Assembly (NCBI GenBank): GCA_025340205.1
Contig: CP006868.1
Span: 1,653,058-1,685,057, forward strand
Length of the DNA stretch: 32,000 bases
From: Ignicoccus pacificus DSM 13166
GTDB lineage: Archaea > Thermoproteota > Thermoprotei_A > Sulfolobales > Ignicoccaceae
Reading direction: 5' to 3'
Both the position numbers and the translations under genes were made by a program. Positions within the stretch are counted from its first letter, which is position 1. Each line of letters begins with the position of its first letter. The notes beneath the pieces are model-generated. The model saw only the letters and a program-made list of their open reading frames with translations, was not told the origin of the DNA and did no database searches. This document shows, in pieces, positions 26,556 to 32,000 of this stretch.

Positions 26556-27311
26556 CTATATAAGCAAAGCGTTCAGTAACTCTAGTTGTGAAGCGAAATT
26601 CAATGCCTTGAACTTATCGGGGGTGTCGAAGGGCGAACCTAGGTACTTTGTAGCGCAACCTATCCATAACATTCCGTTATCCGTAAAGGACTCTTCACAA
26701 ACTCCTATCCCATCCACCATGTAGATCGTTTTACAGTACTCGCCAAGTAGGTCGCTCGGAAAGTTAGCGAAGAATCGAGGGATGAAAATGAGCGTCCTCT
26801 TAGTTCTAAAGATAGATAGAGTGACAAGAGCGGTCATGCTGTGGGAAAAAGCGTACCACAGACCATCGTAAAACGTCACTATGCATATCTCATCACCTGG
26901 TTTAATGAAAACGTCAAGAAAACCACTGTAAGCATTTACCTTCACCTCGGCATCAAACGCGCCCACCTTACTTGCGGTGAAGATCTTCTCTTTGTATTCT
27001 ATGGGAACGGCAATGGCAGCTCCTTCTATGATGTTCGGAGTCCTAGGCAGGACAGATCCCTCAAAATATAGAATATTATCCAACGGTTGGATTCTATTTG
27101 AAATGATTCTTATCTTTCCAGAGAGAAACCCAGAGGGAAGACAAGGTATCCTATTTTCAGCAACTACGTGACAATTCCAGTCCTCCACGATTATTCCGGG
27201 CGTTTTTTCTTTGAAAACATCAAAATGAGACTTGATATATTTAGAACGTTCTTCTATTATCTTTAACGGTGACATGGTGAAGCTAGATAGCCTCGACGCC
27301 TCGGAGAGCAC
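26556..27311 (-). CDS. Hypothetical 251-aa protein downstream of hyuB
   Basis: ORF 23 nt downstream of the hyuB stop on the same strand. No motif recognised. ATG at codon 13 is an alternative start. Confidence 0.5.
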   Translation of the reverse strand: MLSEASRLSSFTMSPLKIIEERSKYIKSHFDVFKEKTPGIIVEDWNCHVVAENRIPCLPSGFLSGKIRIISNRIQPLDNILYFEGSVLPRTPNIIEGAAIAVPIEYKEKIFTASKVGAFDAEVKVNAYSGFLDVFIKPGDEICIVTFYDGLWYAFSHSMTALVTLSIFRTKRTLIFIPRFFANFPSDLLGEYCKTIYMVDGIGVCEESFTDNGMLWIGCATKYLGSPFDTPDKFKALNFASQLELLNALLI

Positions 27312-27334
27312 GTATTGGTACAGTTCGAAAAGCC

Positions 27335-28852
27335 TCAGACATGACCACCCCCACCTGGAGTCTCTATGATGAAAACGTCGTCTGGTTCGAGTTCAACTGT
27401 ATCGTAACCTCCTATGAGATACTCCGTCTGCTTCTTCACTATTCTCACATTCCCGGGCTTCCCTGGAGAGGCCTTAACTCCCGGGCTCGGATACTTTGTC
27501 CTTGACATCATTACAGTGACTTTTATTCTTTCTAAGGCCTTCCAAGACCTAATTAGACCATCACCCCCTTTTCTTCTGCCATAACCTCCGCTCCCCCTCC
27601 TTACCCTATATTGGAGAAAGAGTATGGGTAACTCTTGTTCTAGAACCTCTATTGGGGTATTCATGGTATTCGTCATTCCCCACTGGACAGCGTTCTCTCC
27701 GTCTTCGCGGGAGGTAGATGAACCTCCTCCACCGTTTGTCTCATAATATACCTTATTTTTAGTAGAGATAACGACGTTGGCCATGGTTCCTGGACCACAA
27801 GAAGGAGCCTTATCGGTGGCACTCGCTAAAGCTATGAGGAGAGCCTCCAAGGCTCTCTGTGAAGTCTCCAAGTTCCCAGCGCCTACAGCTGCTGGATAAT
27901 GAGGATTGAGTAAGCTACCCTCTCTGGTTTTAACGTCTATAGAATCATACAGTCCTTGATCTACTGGTCCCTCTGGTACCGTTAGAGCCTTCAAGAAGAA
28001 TGAGGTGGCGGCGTAAGGTATCCCTTCTACGGCGTTTACGTTCAAGGGAACCTCGTCGTCAGTAGGACTAAAATCAACTTTTAATAAATCATCTTCAATC
28101 TTGAGCCTAACTCCTATCTTAACGTCTTTGAGGGGCGTCTCCAGAATAGTTTCGCCAAAACCCTCGATACCCTCGAACTCACTTAGGTGTTTCGAATAAA
28201 GAGCTCTCGAAGACTCAATGAAACTGTCTATAGAATTTAATATTAACTCCTTTGAGTACCTCTCCAAGAGCTCGTTAATTCTCCTTACGCCCTCTCTTAA
28301 GGAGGCTATCTGAGCTTTGACGTCTGAACGGAAGACCTTAGGGACTCTTACTTGGGAAGCGAGCTCGTTCAGGACTTTCTCGTCAACCTCCCAACTCTTC
28401 GCTATTAGCGTTGGTTCTATGACTAGTCCTTCTTCATAAAGAGTCCTTGCCCTAGGATTTAGTGAGCCGGGAACAGGTCCGCCTACGTCTACGTGGTGCG
28501 CTTTATTGATTACCCACCCTAAGGGAGACTTCGTAATGACAGTGACGTCGTTTAGGTGAGTACCCGTAAGGTATGGATCATTCATTATTATGACGTCGCC
28601 TACCCCGAGCTCACCTATCTTTGCTTCTATCGCATTAAGTATTCTCTTGGATGCCCATGCTAGGCTTCCCAAATGCACCGGAATATGTTCCGCTTGGGCT
28701 GCAATTCTCCCGTCATCAGTTAGGAGAGCACACGACATGTCTAATCTTTCTCTTATATTGGGGGACATAGAGGAATTTCGGAGGACTATCCCCATTTCCT
28801 CGGCTATGTAGCTTAGAGCTCTTTGTATTATTCCGACCTTCAAGTTATCCAA
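27335..28852 (-). CDS. hyuB: Hydantoinase B / 5-oxoprolinase B-subunit family protein
   Basis: The N-terminus 'IIQRALSYIAEEMGIVLRNSSMSPNIRERLDMSCALLTDDGRIAAQAEHIPVHLGS' matches the HyuB family pattern. TTG start. Confidence 0.85.
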   Translation of the reverse strand: MDNLKVGIIQRALSYIAEEMGIVLRNSSMSPNIRERLDMSCALLTDDGRIAAQAEHIPVHLGSLAWASKRILNAIEAKIGELGVGDVIIMNDPYLTGTHLNDVTVITKSPLGWVINKAHHVDVGGPVPGSLNPRARTLYEEGLVIEPTLIAKSWEVDEKVLNELASQVRVPKVFRSDVKAQIASLREGVRRINELLERYSKELILNSIDSFIESSRALYSKHLSEFEGIEGFGETILETPLKDVKIGVRLKIEDDLLKVDFSPTDDEVPLNVNAVEGIPYAATSFFLKALTVPEGPVDQGLYDSIDVKTREGSLLNPHYPAAVGAGNLETSQRALEALLIALASATDKAPSCGPGTMANVVISTKNKVYYETNGGGGSSTSREDGENAVQWGMTNTMNTPIEVLEQELPILFLQYRVRRGSGGYGRRKGGDGLIRSWKALERIKVTVMMSRTKYPSPGVKASPGKPGNVRIVKKQTEYLIGGYDTVELEPDDVFIIETPGGGGHV

Positions 28853-29008
28853 TAATTCCCCCTATACGACGAGAGAAGTCCCCCCTATCATCCTGAGGCC
28901 TCTTGCCTCCGTCAAGGGGGTCGGCGCGCATGAGTATGTTAAGAAATGGGTATTTTAGAGTTGGAACAGTCTGTGTGAGCCCTAATTAAGTTTGTTGATT
29001 TAGGGTGA

Positions 29009-29431
29009 AGAAATATTCGAGAAGTAGTCGTTACACTACCTCTAGTAACACTTATAATAACAGGTTTAGGAAATATTACATCGAGAGTTACAACTACTAC
29101 GTTATTACATATAGTTACAACAAGAGTAAGTAACTTTTTAGTAATATGTAACGTTAGTAAGGTAGCGGTAGAACTAGATAGCTATCCTCTCTATATAATA
29201 GAAGGTAGGGGAAAGGGATGCATTAGCGTTCCTCTCTTCGCTTCGAGATATGCAATAAGAAACGGAACTGTGTACTTCGTAAGAGTGGCTCAAACGCTTT
29301 ACTCTACATCAAAAAGTTCTATTAAGTTAGTGACCACTGATGGAGCTTTGAAAGTAGGTAGCCTAGTACCCTACATAGTACTCCTACTTGAGATAATCAG
29401 AAGGATCAGAGCCCTCGAGTTCGAGGAATAG
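29009..29431 (+). pseudogene. 140-codon open frame without a usable start codon; possibly a frameshifted or decayed pilin-like (class III signal peptide) gene
   Basis: My codon-by-codon reading finds no stop from 29009 to TAG 29429-29431. The first ATG/GTG/TTG is codon 88, which explains its absence from the ORF track. GTG 29005 in the -1 frame encodes 'VKKYSRS', and the open frame continues 'VVVTLPLVTLIITGLGNITS...'. Confidence 0.35.
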
Positions 29432-29722
29432 GTCAATAATATCCTCTTTACAAACTCTGTTACCACAAAAATGGACCCCTTCTAATACCAATAATTTTCT
29501 CTTAAATGATTCTCCTAATTTGTAACCCCCTATTTTGCCATTACTCATGACTACGCGATGACATGGAATCACTACGAGTTCTTCATTGCTGTTTAACAGC
29601 TTACCTACCGCTCGGGGAGAAGTCTTCAAGATATTCGCTAAACTCTTATACGTTGTAACCTTCCCTCGAGGGATCAGTAAAAGTAAGATCTTCAAGAGCT
29701 CTTCTTTTCTTATCTTCCCCAA
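29384..29722 (-). CDS. ogt: Methylated-DNA-protein-cysteine methyltransferase, short single-domain form
   Basis: 'IPRGKVTTYKSLA', 'SPRAVGKLL' and active-site 'IPCHRVV...GKIGGY'. At 112 aa it lacks the usual N-terminal domain. TTG start. Confidence 0.8.
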   Translation of the reverse strand: MGKIRKEELLKILLLLIPRGKVTTYKSLANILKTSPRAVGKLLNSNEELVVIPCHRVVMSNGKIGGYKLGESFKRKLLVLEGVHFCGNRVCKEDIIDLFLELEGSDPSDYLK

Positions 29723-29752
29723 AGCCTATTCCCAGATGGGGAGACGCGAGCT

Positions 29753-29968
29753 ATGGTAATGTATTGGTACAGATGCATCTCGGGTATATATGATCCTGTT
29801 CAGAAATGTCCCTTACTAGACGCAGAGGTCTCAGCTCACTTTTGCATTATATGCCCCTATAGGGGAAAGGAATGTAAGAATCCGGTCTGGTTCTCAGAAT
29901 TAGGATCACATGAAAAAGAAGATAGACTAAGGAGGATAGTGGACGCCGTAATGGGGAGCAGTAAATGA
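29753..29968 (+). CDS. Hypothetical 71-aa Cys-rich protein
   Basis: Five Cys, including 'CIICPYRGKEC'. The stop overlaps the start of the next gene (ATGA at 29965-29968). Confidence 0.45.
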   Translation: MVMYWYRCISGIYDPVQKCPLLDAEVSAHFCIICPYRGKECKNPVWFSELGSHEKEDRLRRIVDAVMGSSK

Positions 29969-30681
29969 TTGTAAGCTACTGTGGTCTAGGGAAAGGGATA
30001 GCTAGATTATACTCCATTGCTATGCACACTATAGCCTATCAACTCGTGGAATTCGTGAGTCCCATTGAGCTAGCGGAGTATGTTTTGCCGTACAACGACG
30101 TGAGTGAAGTCGTCGTCTTCTGTGTGCGCGATGAAAACTCCTTAGTCAGAATTTGTGATGTCCTAAGACATACGGTTTCGAGGTTCGTTATCTTTCATGA
30201 TAGAATCCGAAATCCTATGGTAAGGAAGAAGATGAAAACATGCACAAGCAACGTCGAAATTGAAGGAAAAGATGAAGTGGACGTCTTGATTGAAATGTAC
30301 GCCAAGGCATTGAGAGACGTATTAAATAGAGCAAGGGAAAATCCAAGAGCACGCCTTCTTGAAGAAGATTTGAAGGAATGGGAGAAGGAAGAGGAATGGA
30401 TAAAGGAATTAGATATAGAAATAAAACCTAAGGTGACATATACTCCCTCTATGGAGTTGCCGGCTTATCTTATATCGAAGTTATTCAAAGCTGATCTAAT
30501 TCCATTAGAGATCGTCGAGCCTAGCAAGGAATTATTAGTTTTAGGAACTTCCGCAGAGGAACATTGGGTTAGGCCACTATTAGTAAAAGGAGCTAAAGGA
30601 ATCATTCTGAACCTAGATCCTTTAGTAGCTCCTCTCTACGTTCTTAAGAAGATAAAGGCAATGAGTCAGATCTCGGGATAA
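29965..30681 (+). CDS. Hypothetical 238-aa protein
   Basis: Translationally coupled to the 71-aa ORF. Acidic coiled region 'EEDLKEWEKEEEWIKELD'. No confident motif. Confidence 0.55.
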   Translation: MIVSYCGLGKGIARLYSIAMHTIAYQLVEFVSPIELAEYVLPYNDVSEVVVFCVRDENSLVRICDVLRHTVSRFVIFHDRIRNPMVRKKMKTCTSNVEIEGKDEVDVLIEMYAKALRDVLNRARENPRARLLEEDLKEWEKEEEWIKELDIEIKPKVTYTPSMELPAYLISKLFKADLIPLEIVEPSKELLVLGTSAEEHWVRPLLVKGAKGIILNLDPLVAPLYVLKKIKAMSQISG

Positions 30682-32000
30682 GATAACCTGTACAAGTTAA
30701 TAGTCCTGCGGTTTCTGATTTCTCCAGCTATGGGTTTTAGCATGATCTCTCTTACCTTCTCTAGATCATTACCATAGTTTCCTAGTGCCCACATTAGTTT
30801 GACCGTGGCTACCTCAGCTAGCATGTCCTCTAGGGGAACGGCTCCTGCGTCAAGCATTTCGCGTCCAGTTGAATATACGTTCAAATTGACGGTACCGTGA
30901 ATACATTGCGTTGTCACACCTACAAAGACGCCGGCATCCGTCAATCTCTTGATGGTCTCAACAAGTCTCTGAGGAACGTGGCCCATTCCGGTACCTTCTA
31001 TTATAACACCTCTATATCCCTTCTCTAAAGCTATCTCGAGTAGATCGGGCATGCCGGGATATGCCTTTACTTGAAGTACTCTTGGGTCGAACTTCGGAAG
31101 GACCTTTGGTTCTATATTAGATCTTCTGTTTAATGGTTCAGATATCATCTTTACTTCGTATGCCCAAGGCCAGACGTAGGCCAAGGGTTCAGCACATACG
31201 CTCTGGAAGGCATCTCTTCTAGTACTATGAAACTTCCTTACCCTTGTTGCCCTATGAACCACAGCGTAGGTGTCTCCAGTCTCGCCATGCATGGTCACTA
31301 CTACTTCGGCTGCATTAGCCTTGGTAGCGAAGACTACTGAAGCCATCAAGTTGAACGCTGCGTCACTTGATGGTCTGTCGGAAGACCTCTGCGCACCAGT
31401 GAAGACCACCGGTTTGTTTAGGTCTTGAATAGCAAAGGCCAGGGCAGAGGACGTGTATGCCATAGTATCAGTTCCATGTGCTACAATCACACCAGCTATC
31501 TCATCTCTAAGGAGCTCTGCGTGAACCGCTAAGGCTATCTTTTCCCAGTACTTTGGTTCCATGTTCTCTGAGAGAATCTCAAGTATCTGTTCCGCCTCTA
31601 TATTGGCAACGTCCAAGAGCTCGGGAATGTCCTCTACGAGCTCCTCAGCACTCATAGCGGGTTTTACCGCTCCAGTTTCGTAGTCTATTTTAGAAGCAAT
31701 GGTACCTCCGGTTCCTATTATCTTAACCGTAGGGAGACCTTCTCTTTTAGGTACACCTTTAGCCTTAGCGACCTCATACCTCTTCTTCTTTTCAATAAGA
31801 GTAATTTCCTTTACTTTGTCCCACGCAATGCCTACGTTGTATCCGTTTCTTAACTTAACAACAATGAAGTTGGCTCCCCTAGGCCTTGGCATCAATATGC
31901 CTTCAATAATTAATCCATCCTCCCTTACCAAGCGTATCTTGTCTCCAATTTCTATTCCTAGTTGGCTCAACTTGGAACGTATTGGTTCGGGATACTCCAT
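30666..32000 (-). CDS. gatD: Glutamyl-tRNA(Gln) amidotransferase subunit D
   Basis: Asparaginase-type motifs 'GTGGTIAS' and 'HGTDTMAYTSSAL' follow an N-terminal ~90-aa GatD-specific domain. The ATG is the last triplet of the window; 444 aa matches full-length GatD. Confidence 0.9.
   Translation of the reverse strand: MEYPEPIRSKLSQLGIEIGDKIRLVREDGLIIEGILMPRPRGANFIVVKLRNGYNVGIAWDKVKEITLIEKKKRYEVAKAKGVPKREGLPTVKIIGTGGTIASKIDYETGAVKPAMSAEELVEDIPELLDVANIEAEQILEILSENMEPKYWEKIALAVHAELLRDEIAGVIVAHGTDTMAYTSSALAFAIQDLNKPVVFTGAQRSSDRPSSDAAFNLMASVVFATKANAAEVVVTMHGETGDTYAVVHRATRVRKFHSTRRDAFQSVCAEPLAYVWPWAYEVKMISEPLNRRSNIEPKVLPKFDPRVLQVKAYPGMPDLLEIALEKGYRGVIIEGTGMGHVPQRLVETIKRLTDAGVFVGVTTQCIHGTVNLNVYSTGREMLDAGAVPLEDMLAEVATVKLMWALGNYGNDLEKVREIMLKPIAGEIRNRRTINLYRLSYPEI

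Noticed and set aside
29086-29121. Direct 9-nt repeat AGTTACAAC (29086-29094 and 29113-29121) plus many GTAA(C) motifs; considered as a tandem repeat or CRISPR-like structure
   Set aside because: There are only two copies with no regular spacing beyond that. The pattern is explained by repeated Val/Thr/Ser codons (GTA, GTT, ACA, AGT) in the open frame, so it is not a repeat array.
1-32000. Scan for tRNA, rRNA, CRISPR arrays, IS elements, integrases and att-like repeats
   Set aside because: By eye I found no T-loop-like GGTTCRAATCC motifs, no regularly spaced repeats, and no transposase- or integrase-like ORFs. Absence cannot be proven without tRNAscan, Infernal or CRISPR finders.

Overview
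The window reads as chromosomal DNA from a hyperthermophilic crenarchaeon (Thermoprotei, Desulfurococcales/Sulfolobales-like; I cannot name the species). Support: archaea-specific markers (aIF5B, r-proteins L24e and S28e, GatD, fused ThiD-ThiN, NurA/HerA), AGG/AGA/ATA-rich codon usage, GGTGA-type Shine-Dalgarno motifs inside operons, TTTAAA-type TATA boxes, and C/D-box-like sRNA motifs. Coding density is very high, and many neighbouring genes overlap by 4 nt. Most of the content is housekeeping: M17 aminopeptidase, UMP kinase, a livHMGF ABC transporter, ndk, class I fumarate hydratase, ThiDN, a K+ channel, infB, trpD, hyuB, ogt and gatD. I saw no rRNA, tRNA, CRISPR array or recognisable IS element by eye. 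Four places deserve a second look. (1) A divergent NurA-like/HerA-like pair without Mre11/Rad50. It is flanked by a 101-aa protein, a 54-aa Cys-rich ORF absent from the ORF track, a small membrane protein and a Cys-rich protein with a Rossmann-like motif (3356-7791). (2) A very AT-rich spacer at about 29.0-29.4 kb holds a 140-codon open frame with no usable start codon, possibly a frameshifted pilin-like gene. It sits next to an orphan hyuB. (3) A secreted Lon-like S16 protease whose Ser-Lys dyad is split by a +1 frameshift in a homopolymer run. (4) A ParA/MinD ATPase operon with small partner proteins at the left edge. All functional calls come from motif recognition by eye; no database search was run.
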